A DNA stretch of 64,000 bases from Mobula birostris (taxonomy: Eukaryota): contig NC_092396.1 of NCBI RefSeq assembly GCF_030028105.1, forward strand, positions 31,499,474 through 31,563,473, given 5' to 3'. How positions within the stretch are numbered: position 1 is the first letter of the stretch; every line of letters starts with the position of its first letter. The position numbers and the translations under genes were made by a program. The notes below the pieces were generated by a model that was given only the letters and a program-made list of their open reading frames with translations, was not told the origin of the DNA and searched no databases. Positions 25,801-35,694 of this stretch are shown piece by piece.

Positions 25801-28800
25801 CTTTAAAATATTGGCTTCAGCTGTTTATTCTTCACTCACTTTGCTCTTCAACCTACAACCTTCTAATTCTACAATGAGATTTGAACAGTGTTGTGAGACA
25901 TGCACCTTTTACACATATGGTAATATGTTTGGTATCTACTCTGAATATTCCACTGAAGCCATTTTGGATCAATGTCCAGCAATATTGACTGGGCTGGCAG
26001 AGTTTCATCATCTGGAACTATCAAAGGAATTAAAATTAAATTCAATATGATGACATCTGTTGAGGAGCAGAGGGATCTTAAAGTCTAAGTTCGTAAGAGG
26101 CTACAGAGGTTGACAGGGTGATTTAAAGGCATATTCCATGCTTGCTTTTATTAGTGGTTGCCTGGAATATGCTGCCTGGGGTAGTGGTAGAGGCAGATAC
26201 ATTAGAGACTTTTAGATAGGCACAAGATTTTGAGAAAAAAAAGAAAATAGACATTGTGTGAGCAGAGGGGAATGACTTAGTTGGCCACTTGATTACCAAT
26301 TTATTTGGCTCAGAACAATATTGCGGGCCGAAGGGCCTGTGCTGTGCTGTACTGTTCCAGTTCTACTGGGTGTTTTATGTTTATCCACATGAGGCAATGA
26401 AGTCATGGTAATTAGGTTCTCGTTATTTCATCTGGTCCAAGCTGGAATTCTCACACCCTCTCCATTATTAACTCTGCCTCTTTCCTAATATATATCTTCC
26501 ACTAACTCTTAATTCTTAGCAAAGATCAACCGTTGTGAGTGTCTCTAGCAGGACACCATGAATAACTCTTTTACCTTTGACTCCTGGCAATGTTCCCTTT
26601 AGATTATTGCTTTTTAATTGCAAATTTTTGCATGCTACCTTGGACATTACAGCTTTCACTTCCTTTGCACAATCTTTTAACTTTTTAAGTTTCAGTTTAT
26701 TATCATAGGCATGTGTGTTCAGGGTCTAAATGGCATGAAAGTTGTCTTTTTATATAGCAGTAGCACATTACAATACACCTTGAAAGGAAGGTTTGGTGAA
26801 CTGTCTCCCTTCTGTCTGAGGATGAATAGTTCTTTCCCCTTACAGTTGGCTGATTTTGGAAAACATTTGGTGGTAACTATTAATACTAATTAATTTAGTT
26901 TTGATTTGGAACTGCACACTGTGATTCCTGACCTTTCATCTTAATGGAAGCATGTTATTGAAACAGTTTCTAACGATCTCTCTTTGTCCAGGCAACGGTG
27001 CAGCCGAAGTGTGGCCGTGTGGTGGGCTTCTCCTCGGGAGCAGAGAACCCTCATGGAGTCCAGGCCGTGACCAAAGGACAGAGGTGCGGAGTGGCACTCT
27101 GGTTCACGCTGGATCCCCGGCAGAAGGAACGGGTATGGCTCAGCGAATGAGAATACTGTCAAATTCCGGCAGGCTAACCTGCAGGAATGGAGCTGGTGGA
27201 GAGAGCGGGAGTGGGGGTGTGGTGTGGGAGAGCAATAATGGGGCGTGACAGTGCGGTACAATGTAGTGGAAGGGGTTTTGGTTCAGGGAAGATGATGTGG
27301 TGCATGGTATGTATTAGAGAATATGGTGTGTTGTAGAGAATATGGTGCGTGGTAGAGGATCTAGTTTGCAGTAGAGGGTCTGGTTTGCAGTAGAGTGTCT
27401 GGTTTGCAGTAGAGGGTCTGGTTTGCAGTAGAGGATCTGGTTCGCAGTAGAAGGTCTGGTTTGCAGTAGCAGGTCTGGTTTGCAGTAGGGGGTCTGGTTC
27501 GCAGTAGAAGGTCTGGTTCGCAGTAGAAGGTCTGGTGTGCAGTAAAGGGTCTGGTTTGTAGTAGAAGGTCTGGTTTGCAGTAGAGGGTCTGTTTTACAGT
27601 AGAGGGTCTGGTTTGCAGTAGAGGGTCTGGTTTGCAGTAGAGGAACTGGTTTGCAGTTGAGGATCTGGTTTGCAGTAGAAGGTCTGTTTTACAGTAGAGG
27701 GTCTGGTTTGCAGTAGAGGGTCTGGTTTGCAGTAGAGGATCTGGTTTGCAGTTGAGGATCTGGTTTGCAGTAGAAGGTCTGGTTTGCAGTAGAAGGTCTG
27801 GTTTTCAGTAGAAGGTCTGGTTTTCAGTAGAAGGTCTGGTTTACAGTAGAAGGTCTGGTTTGCAGTAGAGGGTCTGGTTTGCAGTAGAGGGTCTGGTTTA
27901 CAGTAGAAGGTCTGGTTTGCAGTAGAGGATCTGGTTTGCAGTAGAGGATCTGGTTTGCAGTTGAGGATCTGGTTTGCAGTAGAGGTTCTGGTTTGCAGTA
28001 GAGGTTCTGGTTTGCAGTAAGGGTTCTGGTTTGCAGTAGAAGGTCTTGTTTGCAGTAGAAGGTCTGGTTTGCAGTAGAGGGTCTGGATTGCAATAGAAGG
28101 TCTGGTTTGCAGTAGGGTGCAAAACAGTGCAATGTTGAAGGTTGTTCTGGAAAATATGATGATCACATCCAACCTCTGCTTCAATCCTCAGCACTGTTGT
28201 TTAAATAAAGTTACCATCTTAAACATCCTGATGTGCCTCGCACTAATGACTTTAAGTGGTAGCAATCTGATAGAGTATGAAGTAACCCTCCCAATTCCAG
28301 GCTCAAATATCTGTTCTTCTGCCCAACCCTTTCGTCAAGTCCTTGATATTTTTGCTTTCCAGTGGTCAGTGATGATGGGCTGCTATTTGGTCTTGGCGGG
28401 ACCAGATCTGTTGCTGGGACCTTCCATTATGGCTGATTTATTAACTATTTTTACCCCATTCTCCTGCCTTCTCCTCATAACTTTTGACACCCTGACTGAT
28501 CAAGAAACTAGCAACTTCCGCTCTAAATATACTTGATGATTTGGCCTCCACAGCTGCATGTGGCTATGAATCCCACAGATTCACTCCCTTCTAGCTAAAG
28601 AAATTCCTCTTCACCTCTGTTCTAAATGAACTTCTCTGTACTCTGAAGCTATTCCCTCCGGTCCTAGACTCCCCCACTATAGGAAACATCCACTCTATTC
28701 AGACTTTTCAGTATTCGATAGGTTTAAATGAGATCCCTTTCTCATTCGTATGAACTTCAGTAAGTACAGTTCCAGAGCATCAAATGTTCTCTTTTATTCC

Positions 28801-31296
28801 TGGAATCATTCTGCTGAATCTCCTCTGGACACTGAAAATTCCAACATATTTTTTCTTCGATAAGGGGCCCAAAACTGCTCACAATACTCCAAGTGCAATG
28901 CCTGATAAAACCTCAGCATCAAATCCTTGATTTTATATTCTCAAAATCGGTGCTAATATTGATTGCATTTGCCTTCCTTAACACCAACTCAACTTGCAAG
29001 TTATGCAAGTCCCTTTGCACCTCTGATTTTTGAATTTTCTCCCTGCTTAGAAAATAATCTATGACATTATTCCTTCTACCAAAGTGCATGACCATACATT
29101 GTGTACACTATATTCTATCTGCCACTTCTTTGCCCATTCTCCCAATCTATCTAAGACTTTATACAGACTTCCTGCTTCCTCAACATTACCAGCCCTTCAA
29201 CCTATCTTTGTATCATCCACAAGCTTGGCAACAAAGCCATCAATTCTGTCATCCAAATCATTGACATATAGTGTGAAAAGAAACGGTCCCAGCATGGACC
29301 CCGGCAGGACACCACTAACCACTGGCGGCCAACTAGAAAAGGCTCCCTTTATTCTCACTCTGCCTCCTGCCAGTCAGCCAATCTTCTTTCCATGCTAGTA
29401 TCTTTCATGTAATACTATGGGCTCTTATCTTGTTTAGCAGCCTCATGTGCAGCACCTGGCCAAAGGCCTTCTGAAAATCCAAATATACAACATTCACTAA
29501 CACTCCTTTGTCTGTCTTGTTGTTATCTCCTCAAAGAATTCCAATAGATTTGTCAGACAAAATTTCTCCTTAATGAGACCATGCTGATTTTAGCCTTTTT
29601 TTTATCATGTACCTCCAAGTATCCTGAAACTTCATCCTTAATAATGGCCTCCAACACCTTGCCAACCACTTAAGTCATGCTAACTGGCCTATAACTTATT
29701 TTCTTCTATCTCCCTTCCTTACCTTAAAGATTGGAGTGGCATTTGCAATGTTCTAGTCCTCCAGAAAGATTCCAGACTCTAGTGATTTATGAAGTATTAT
29801 TACTAATGCCTCCACAATCTCTTCAGCTGTCTCTTTCTGAGCCCTGGGCTGTAGACCATCTGGTCCAGGTGACCTACCTGCCTTCTATTTAACTTCAGAC
29901 CTTTCAGCTTACCAAGCACCTTCTTAGTATTAGCAACCACACTCACTTCTGCCCCCTGAAACCATTGAATTTCTAGCATGCTGCTAGCATCTTCCACAGT
30001 GGAGACTGATGCAAAATACTTATTGACTTCGTCTGCCATTTCATTGTCCCCCATTACTATCTCTCCAACCGTCTGATATCTACTCTTGCCTTTTACTTTG
30101 TTTAGCTGAAAAACTTTTGGTATCTTCTTTGATATTATTGGCTAGCACCTTCATATTTCATCCTTGCTCTCCTTATGGCTTTTTTTTTGTTGTTCTCCAA
30201 CAGCATCAGAACCTCTTGACCATGTCTGCATGCTTTTATGCATTGAGTTGCTTCACATGATTGGCTGATTAGATATTTGCATTAACAAGCGGGTGTCTAG
30301 GTGTATCTAATAAAGTGGCCACTGTGTGCAAGTGTTGTAAAAGAAATATTATATCCCCAGTGAGGTTTGTGGATTGGATTCTATAGTTCATGTCATGATT
30401 TGTTTCTGGTTTCCGGTCACTCCTTTTTAATGCTATTTTGTGCGAGTTTTGATCAGGACAGGCTAGCTCTGCGGTCTGAAGTTAACGGACAACACAGCGC
30501 TAGACTGAACTGAACTGAATATGGCTGGACCATTACAATGTTTTGTGGTTTGGTGTTTTATGCTCTGTGTTTTATCACTCAATTTTTTGTGCGATTTGTT
30601 CTTTTTTCGTGCATGGGGGTTTAATGTTTTTCTTTGAACAGGTTTTCTTCCTTTGTTTTGAGGCAGTCTGTGGGAAGACAAATCTCAGGGTTGTATACTA
30701 CATTTATAGTTTGATAATAAATGTACTTTGAATCTTCATAAGCTGCCCTGTCTATTGACTGAATGTGACCAAGAGAAAGCCAATAGTCAGAGAAAGGTTG
30801 AGATTAAGCTGTCAGCACGGGAAAGGCAGGAACAGACACTTGGGAAAAGCAGTAATGACGCTACTGTGATGTGGCAGACATGCTGAGACTCGTGCTTTTC
30901 GCACCTGCTGAGCGTTTGATGTGCTAATTGCTCTGTGGCTCTCCCTGCCCTCAGGAGAGGATCGAGGCCGACGAGTTGGTGAAGTTGCTGTTTGGGATGG
31001 AGGAGGAGCTGCAGCAGGACGAGGGCGAGGTCAAGGAACCTGAGCCCGATGACCACCAGCCAACTGGGGCCCCAGCCGCCGTGCCCACCAGCAGGCCGCA
31101 CGCTCAGGACGAAGTGAAGCCCGACGAGCTCGCTCCAGGGAAACAGCCCAAGGTGGAAGAGCCAAAGGCAGAAAGCAATGGAGACCCTGAGCCTACAGTA
31201 AAAACAATGGACTCCCGTCAGGAGCCAGCACCTGCTGCTTCAGATCAGAAAGCCACACCATCTCTGAATATGCCATCTACAAAGCAGGAACTGTAA
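4741..31296 (+). CDS. P3H1: Prolyl 3-hydroxylase 1 (leprecan), spliced gene, exons 2-15; 5'-partial (1932 coding nt = 643 aa + stop in window)
   Basis: 14 exons join in frame with GT-AG sites. The peptide matches P3H1 (ECRALCEGPY, DHYIQVLNCKQNCVTELA, HVDNCILN, ENPHGV, ALWFTLDP) and ends in an ER-retention-type KQEL. Confidence 0.97.
5700..5990 (-). mobile_element. PLE pLTR fragment
   Basis: Minus strand cagtccagatgaagggtctcgatctgaaatgcc...gatgctgcctaacctgct, plus a purine-rich + strand tract. Confidence 0.75.
6055..6468 (+). repeat. Interspersed repeat, possibly RTE-5'UTR-derived and non-autonomous; an inverted copy lies at ~14755-15215
   Basis: Shared blocks gaaggagaactctgatctcaa, agagctggagtccctaaggcag and catccatggttgacccc recur reverse-complemented at 14755-15070. 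Confidence 0.65.
6469..7345 (-). mobile_element. Rex1/Babar LINE 3' fragment
   Basis: Minus-strand peptides SILTCCITTQYGGC..QDCKSLQKIV and RT remnants; same family as 51200-52160. Confidence 0.8.
8270..8459 (+). CDS. P3H1: P3H1 exon 3 (190 nt)
   Basis: cttcag|GAA...ACAG|gtacct; EAFRKGVRLYTDEQF...ECRALCEGPYNFDGYNYMEYNADLYQAIT. Confidence 0.96.
10721..10852 (+). CDS. P3H1: P3H1 exon 4 (132 nt)
   Basis: cttcag|ATCAC...AACT|gtaagt; HYIQVLNCKQNCVTELATRPDREAPVEDFLPTHFDYLQFAYYN. Confidence 0.96.
12531..12670 (+). CDS. P3H1: P3H1 exon 5 (140 nt)
   Basis: tttcag|CTGAG...AGAGAG|gtagat; ENYSQAIECAKTYLLFYPNDEVMNQNLQYYQAVLGE. Confidence 0.96.
12795..12870 (+). repeat. Perfect 38-bp tandem duplication
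   Basis: GGTGTCAGCCCCAGGATGAAGTTGAGGAGATCATGAGT x2 (12795-12832, 12833-12870). Confidence 0.95.
13256..14059 (+). mobile_element. 5'-truncated Penelope-like element with an open GIY-YIG frame and pLTR
   Basis: ORF 13418-13744 reads FTCESVGVIYCIRCSWCGLLYIGETRRRLGDCFVEHL...GMNIEF; 11-bp TSD TTCCTCCTCCA at 13245-13255 and 14060-14070. Confidence 0.93.
13951..13987 (+). ncRNA. Minimal type-I hammerhead ribozyme motif in pLTR (GAAA mutated to AAAA)
   Basis: cagtc-CTGACGA-a-GGG-ttccgg-CCC-aAAA-c-GTC-gact; stem I agtc/gact. Confidence 0.7.
14364..14453 (+). CDS. P3H1: P3H1 exon 6 (90 nt)
   Basis: ccacag|TAT...CCG|gtgagt; YIQTYINNSLLEKELLYFANEVFGVTFIDP. Confidence 0.95.
16121..16173 (+). CDS. P3H1: P3H1 exon 7 (53 nt)
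   Basis: ttttag|GAC...CAAAA|gtaaga; DKWTPENVIPVKLKEKQK. Confidence 0.95.
16473..16496. repeat. (TAT)8 microsatellite
   Basis: Read directly; another TAT tract lies near 56055-56080. Confidence 0.9.
16915..17170 (-). mobile_element. CR1 3' fragment just upstream of the exon 8 acceptor
   Basis: Minus strand ETLVRLH/LEYCVQLG..., typical of the CR1 ORF2 C-terminus. Confidence 0.75.
17207..17328 (+). CDS. P3H1: P3H1 exon 8 (122 nt)
   Basis: taacag|GGCA...GAGG|gtgagc; AERETAARISEEIGNLMKEIENLVDEKTKESSELVKMVRE. Confidence 0.95.
17937..18064 (+). CDS. P3H1: P3H1 exon 9 (128 nt)
   Basis: ctctag|GGGGT...AAT|gtgagt; GPLLYDNVQVVMNARLLNGTQRVLLDGVITDKECEEMRFLSN. Confidence 0.95.
18790..19420 (+). mobile_element. 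CR1 3' fragment interrupted by a PLE pLTR piece (~19137-19223)
   Basis: ERVQRRFTKVI, DLIETY, NFFSQKVVNHWNLLP; tail ttatggtcttatggtctt. Confidence 0.85.
19790..19885 (+). CDS. P3H1: P3H1 exon 10 (96 nt)
   Basis: cgctag|GCT...AAG|gtgagt; AAASMGDGYYGKPSPHTPNERFQGVTVLKALK. Confidence 0.95.
21384..21534 (+). CDS. P3H1: P3H1 exon 11 (151 nt)
   Basis: tggcag|CTT...GAAG|gtaaca; LSQEGRIPLKTSKLFYDISEKVRRIIESYFRLENPLYFAYSHLVCRTAVE. Confidence 0.96.
22640..23220 (-). mobile_element. CR1 3' fragment
   Basis: Reverse complement of the CR1 C-terminal region (gcagcatcctggtaaatctcctctgcaccctctc); tail atagaacatagaac. Confidence 0.8.
23706..23785 (+). repeat. 19-bp minisatellite, ~4.3 copies, ~70 nt upstream of exon 12
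   Basis: GTTCAGAAACACnGGCCAG units. Confidence 0.9.
23856..23973 (+). CDS. P3H1: P3H1 exon 12 (118 nt), carries the Fe(II)-binding HxD motif
   Basis: tattag|GAACA...ACAG|gtaaaa; TQENREDLSHSVHVDNCILNSEALECRKEHPAYTERDY. Confidence 0.96.
25135..25210 (+). CDS. P3H1: P3H1 exon 13 (76 nt)
   Basis: ttctag|TGCA...ACA|gtaagt; AILYLNHDFEGGNFIFTEIDAKVIT. Confidence 0.96.
26992..27132 (+). CDS. P3H1: P3H1 exon 14 (141 nt), distal His and 2-oxoglutarate-binding Arg
   Basis: gtccag|GCA...CGG|gtatgg; ATVQPKCGRVVGFSSGAENPHGVQAVTKGQRCGVALWFTLDPRQKER. Confidence 0.96.
27305..28116 (+). repeat. 19-bp minisatellite, ~40 copies, P3H1 intron 14
   Basis: Unit TGGTTTGCAGTAGA(G/A)G(G/A)TC; explains the repetitive minus-strand ORFs at 27594-28194. 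Confidence 0.97.
28400..30200 (-). mobile_element. Degenerate CR1 LINE (RT to 3' end)
   Basis: Minus strand MGDNEMADEVNKYFASV, VYLDFQKAF, GVLPGSMLGP, LVDDTKIG. Confidence 0.88.
30955..31296 (+). CDS. P3H1: P3H1 exon 15 coding part (113 aa + TAA), ends KQEL
   Basis: cctcag|GAG; ERIEADELVKLLFGMEEE...PSTKQEL*; start aligns with mammalian DRVQADDLVKMLF. Confidence 0.94.
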   Translation, partial: ERIEADELVKLLFGMEEELQQDEGEVKEPEPDDHQPTGAPAAVPTSRPHAQDEVKPDELAPGKQPKVEEPKAESNGDPEPTVKTMDSRQEPAPAASDQKATPSLNMPSTKQEL

Positions 31297-32651
31297 TTCT
31301 GTGTACAGCTACTCACAATAGGGCCACTTGGTGCTTTGCAACCTGACACAAGAGCTGTTGGTTTTGATGTTTAATCATTCCTGGTAATTGTCTCCCAAAT
31401 TAGGAGCTCAAAAGTGTGGATCTCCATTTCCCCCTTGGCTGATATCCCCATCCGGTTTGATGGTATTGATAGCCCAGGCCGAGCATCTTATTCACCATAT
31501 TCCCTGAACTTCTCCCATAATCTGTTGCCTCTGGTAATATTCATCCAGCACATGACCCGAACCCCTATACCTGGGTCATCAGTAGCGTGCAGAGTTTCCC
31601 CCGAGCACGTTAGCTCTCGCAGAGGATGGGACGGTCAGACGCAAGTAGTCAGAGCTACCGGTCGCTGGTGTGCAACCTTGTCCAGCACCAAAGCCCCAGT
31701 TCCCCCTTGGCAGATGCTGGAACAGTTCCAGATCACTTCCATCTACATGGATTGGGACCTCAGTCATTTGAAATGAAGGTGGAGTTTCTGTCAATATTTG
31801 CAGCCAGTATCTTTAAAGGAGGGTTAAACTCCTGCTGTATTGACCCATCCTTGTCTGGTACACTCCTGATTCCTGGTCAGTGTCTCGCAGACACTTTCTT
31901 GTCCATTTCTTTGCTCCATTGTTCCCTAATCCTCCACAGAAGCCTACAAATTCCAGCATCTGTAGTCTTTTGAGTCCCTATCCTTGTTCTTTGCTTGCAA
32001 CTCTCTGTATGGTGATGTGTTATATTGTGTGTGTGTGCGCGCGCGGTGGGGAGGGGGTACTTCAAAACCCTCAAAATGCTGCCTTTATCTGATTTTTGAC
32101 ACGGGGGGAGGGTCACGGTGACAGTCAAGTAATAGCTCTGAAGTTCCGCAAACACGACAACTGTAGCAATTAGGATCTTCGCTGGTCTTTTGAGGTGCTA
32201 TACAGTGCAGCCACTAATGGAGGCCTAGTAAGGGCAAAGAAGGATAGAGTCTTTAAACATTTGCTTACTTCTTATCTAAGATATAAACAGAAGATACTGG
32301 ACATCATCTGCAAATCAGGCGGCTCCAAAACTTACTGCCCGTATTTCTGATGTGCAACTTCCACAAGTGTCGATATCTTTAAATGAGAGGTTGTGTTTGC
32401 GTGTATGGAGACGGATTATCCCAGAGAGGCCAGCGTATTGCAGCTTGCCAGCACGTTGCTATTGATGCATACCCATCTGTGTTTACATTCCCTAAAACCT
32501 CCTGCACTTCATCAGTTGTGGTGACGTTACCCACATCCCATCCAACCCTTTTTAAATGTATGTGCACTCAACTCTTTAAGTTCTTAAAGAACTTAATTAT
32601 TTCTTTATCTATCTTTCCTCTCCTTCCCTCTCTCCGCTTCTCCTTCTTCCC

Positions 32652-32802
32652 NNNNNNNNNNNNNNNNNNNNNNNNNNNNNNNNNNNNNNNNNNNNNNNNN
32701 NNNNNNNNNNNNNNNNNNNNNNNNNNNNNNNNNNNNNNNNNNNNNNNNNNNNNNNNNNNNNNNNNNNNNNNNNNNNNNNNNNNNNNNNNNNNNNNNNNNN
32801 NN
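32652..32802. other. Assembly gap (151 N)
   Basis: N run flanked by pyrimidine-rich low-complexity sequence. Confidence 0.99.
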
Positions 32803-32864
32803 TCCCTCCCCACACACACAGATAGTCGGTCATACATGCACAATCCTTCATTACAGCAGTGTCT

Positions 32865-33300
32865 ATAGTAAGTCAGTCTGTCAGTGGGTGCCGTCCTGAA
32901 TCTGGGGTTGGCGGCTATGCACCTCCATCTTCTTCGATCTTGCGACAGCGCCGGGTACAGCCTCTCCTCCAGTTTGTTCTCGCTGGCCGCCTTGGCACTG
33001 CCAGCTGCCGCCCCCCGCCAAACTCCAGCCCGATGCCGTGTCGGCCTCCAGCCACGGCCGTTTCTTCGAACTCGGCCCTTCCTTAGGTGGAGGCCCTGGG
33101 CAGGTCCAGACACACGGTGCAGCGCCCAAGTTCATCATGTCTCTTCTAACTAGGTGCATAGCTTACGATTCGTAGATATATGGTGAGGCTTTAATCTCTT
33201 CCACGGAAGATGGCCGTTGGCTCACAAGGAGTTCATCCACCCTTTGTCAGGTCCTTATTTTTTTTTAGTCCTACTGGGTGTCCTCACACCCTCCTCACCA
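32865..33300 (-). mobile_element. Probable RTE-clade LINE 3' remnant, CpG-rich
   Basis: Minus-strand peptides HLVRR..., GRVRRNGRGWRP and ALSQDRRRWRCIAANPRFRTAP resemble an RTE ORF2 end; short (GACT/GACA)n tail. Confidence 0.55.
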
Positions 33301-33360
33301 GACTAAGTCAGGTGGGGGAGCCGGCCCAAGTCGCCGACCACTCGACCACGGCCCCCGGCC

Positions 33361-33550
33361 GAGCACCGGGCACCCGCCCCCCAGCGAATCTCTCCGAGCG
33401 CCGGGCGCCCGCCCCCCACTGAATCTCTCCGAGCGCCGGGCACCCGCCCCCCACTAAATCTCTCCAAGCGCCGGGCGCCCACCCCCCACTGAATCTCTCC
33501 GAGCGCTGGGCGCCCGCCCCCCACTGAATCTCTTCGAGCGCCTGGTGCCC
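33361..33550 (+). repeat. GC-rich 35-bp minisatellite, ~5.4 copies
   Basis: GAGCGCCGGGCGCCCGCCCCCCACTGAATCTCTCC starting at 33361, 33396, 33431, 33466, 33501, 33536. Confidence 0.95.
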
Positions 33551-34424
33551 AACTGAAAAACTATAATAAGTACCTATTCTTTTAAATGCTTTACAGTGCC
33601 CATAGGTTGTGAACCTCATTATATAATTCTTTCTTTAATTTCTCTTACTTCTACATATTACATACATAGTCATTGTCTGACTCATATGAACCTGAATGTA
33701 TGCACACACTTACATGCAAACACAATTGCACAATCCTTTCCAGTAGGAATTGCTCAGTAGTGGTCAGCAAGGAGAAACCAGAATAAGTCCAACTTTCCTG
33801 GAGAGATTGGCTAACTGGACAAGTCACAACGACTGAGCATTGGCCTCAGGAATTGTTTCCGCCCCCCACTTGCGCCAGTGGAAAATGGATACCATGACAC
33901 CAAGAAGATCTGATACAAACCCTACTTCCACTTATTTGTATAAATTCATTTCAACTACTGACAGACCTTTAAGGTAGAAATTACCCACTAATATAAAAGC
34001 AATGTTAAATTCAGCCTTTTCCAAGTGTTCATGCCCGTATCATGCAAATAGACCAACTGGTGAATAAGGACTCCCAATCCAAAGTGGGCCGAGATGCCTG
34101 GCTTCTGAGTGCCAAAGTACTTGAGACTTTGGAGCTTCTGAGCTGTGTGCTGAAGTTCTGTCCTCCCCCAGGTTAATGAGTTCTGCAGCCTGCGGTTATT
34201 TGCTTGTTGTCTTAAACCCAGCACCCAGTCAGGGTGTGTCACGCAGGTGAATCCTGTCAGTTTTGTTTTGCCTCGCCTTGTTCTGACATGTTGTTTTGGT
34301 GTCTGCCGTTCGTCAATTGCCCACAATCTCATCACCAACTGATGCCTGACTGTGAGATACAAAGGTGTGTCTTTCCTCACACTTGTTTACATACATCTCA
34401 ATAATCAGGCAGCAAGACAGAGGG

Positions 34425-34620
34425 CGGGGCTGGCCGGTGGTGTAGTGGCATCAGCACTGGACTTCGAGGCAAATGGTCCCGAGTTCGAATCCGGCTGGCT
34501 CTTTGCAAGCTTCCCACCTGCATTTGGTTGAACATCAAGCTAGCAACTCAGCCTCGCAAAAAAAACAGTCAAATGCAACTATGCTGCCCAATGCATCACA
34601 AAGTGCAAAAAGGACCAACT
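34425..34620 (+). mobile_element. tRNA-derived SINE
   Basis: A box TGGTGTAGTGG, B box GAGTTCGAATCC, then the ctagcaactcagcctcg..aaaa block shared with 60190-60407. Confidence 0.8.
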
Positions 34621-35694
34621 AAGTAGAGAGTTATGGACTGTCAGGATGTATATTGTATACATTTTTCTGAAAATAGATGTATCTATTGAACCTATTGTAT
34701 AGGAGGGAGGGGTTTATGTAGGTCAGCACAACATTGAGGGCTGAAGGGTCTGTACTGTTCAAAAGTATTACCCACAGTGGCACTGAACCACAAAGACTGG
34801 CAAATTATTTTGTGTGGCTACTGCTTGTTGCTATGTGAATTGGTCTCTTTCTTCCCCTCCCTCAGTTTTGCTGTTCTCTGTGCCCAGAGTCCTCTAAGAC
34901 AAGCAAACTGCAGTGGCTCATAATTTCAGATGTTGTGGAAGAAGAAATAAGGCCTCCTGAGGCTTTTGCTCCTGATCACTATCTAGTATCTGGGCTTCAC
35001 GTGAGGGTTTGGATGCAGCAGCGTAAAGCCTTGCAGAGATGAGAAGGAAAAGCTTGATATGTTATTTTTACTCATTAGTTTTACTCATTCTTAATTTTAA
35101 ACTCAACCAACAAAGTTCCAAGTCAAATCCAATCTGACAGGATGCCCTTTCTGCAGAGCTATCAGGCTTTGAAACATTAAGTAACTGGGAATATACATCA
35201 CGCTCACTGTCTCAGGAGAATGCAGTTACAGAGATACCTTTACTTGACCACGTCTGCCTTGTTTCCCCTTGATGGGCCAGGAATTTGTGATTTATGCATT
35301 GTACTATTTTCAGTAACACAACTACTGTATTACAGTCCAGCAGAAGCCTGACCGTGGTTTGTCTAAATGCCCAAATGTGTTCAGGGGTGTAATTTGTCAA
35401 TGTTTCTGTATTGAGCTCTTGTGGAGTTTTATTCACAAATAAATGGTACTTTTTTTGCTGTTTTTATCAGTATGATTCCTGCTGCTTTCCTTCTCAGGCA
35501 GTCCCTCAGGGTGTGAGATTACTTGCCTCCATTCTGAGGTCTGAGGTGTCCGGGTTATATCACTGTGGAGGTCAGAGCTTCCTCCACAGATGGGGCGGTG
35601 GGTGGACATCTTGTGAGGTAGGACACTCCTCCTACTGCTCACGTAGGACATGGGAGTGTAGTGGGCAGCAAGAAAGACTATTAAAGCTTTCAGT

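Noticed and set aside
27594-28194. Repetitive minus-strand ORFs (LLQTRPSTANQTFYCKPD)n
   Set aside because: These are translations of the 19-bp minisatellite. The same peptide appears in all frames and there is no gene structure.
4741-31296. Paralogue identity as P3H2, P3H3 or CRTAP
   Set aside because: DGYNYMEYNADLYQAITDHYIQVLNCKQNCVTELA and the exon sizes match P3H1, and CRTAP lacks the dioxygenase domain present here.
32170-32376. Possible minus-strand terminal exons (ISTLVEVAHQKYG/QPPLVAALYSTSKDQRRS*) with plausible gtaagt and ttactag sites
   Set aside because: The peptide is short and unrecognised, the first acceptor is weak, and no upstream exons were found. It is more likely P3H1 3' UTR or flank, and stranded RNA-seq would be needed.
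31297-32651. P3H1 polyadenylation site
   Set aside because: No convincing AATAAA was seen before the gap, so the 3' UTR end cannot be placed.
27305-33550. CRISPR-like arrays (19-bp and 35-bp repeats)
   Set aside because: The repeats are head-to-tail with no unique spacers, there are no cas genes, and the context is eukaryotic.
34428-34500. Possible tRNA-Arg(TCG) gene
   Set aside because: A and B boxes are present, but the anticodon and acceptor stems pair poorly, and the sequence continues into a body shared with a TSD-flanked copy at 60190-60407. It is a SINE.
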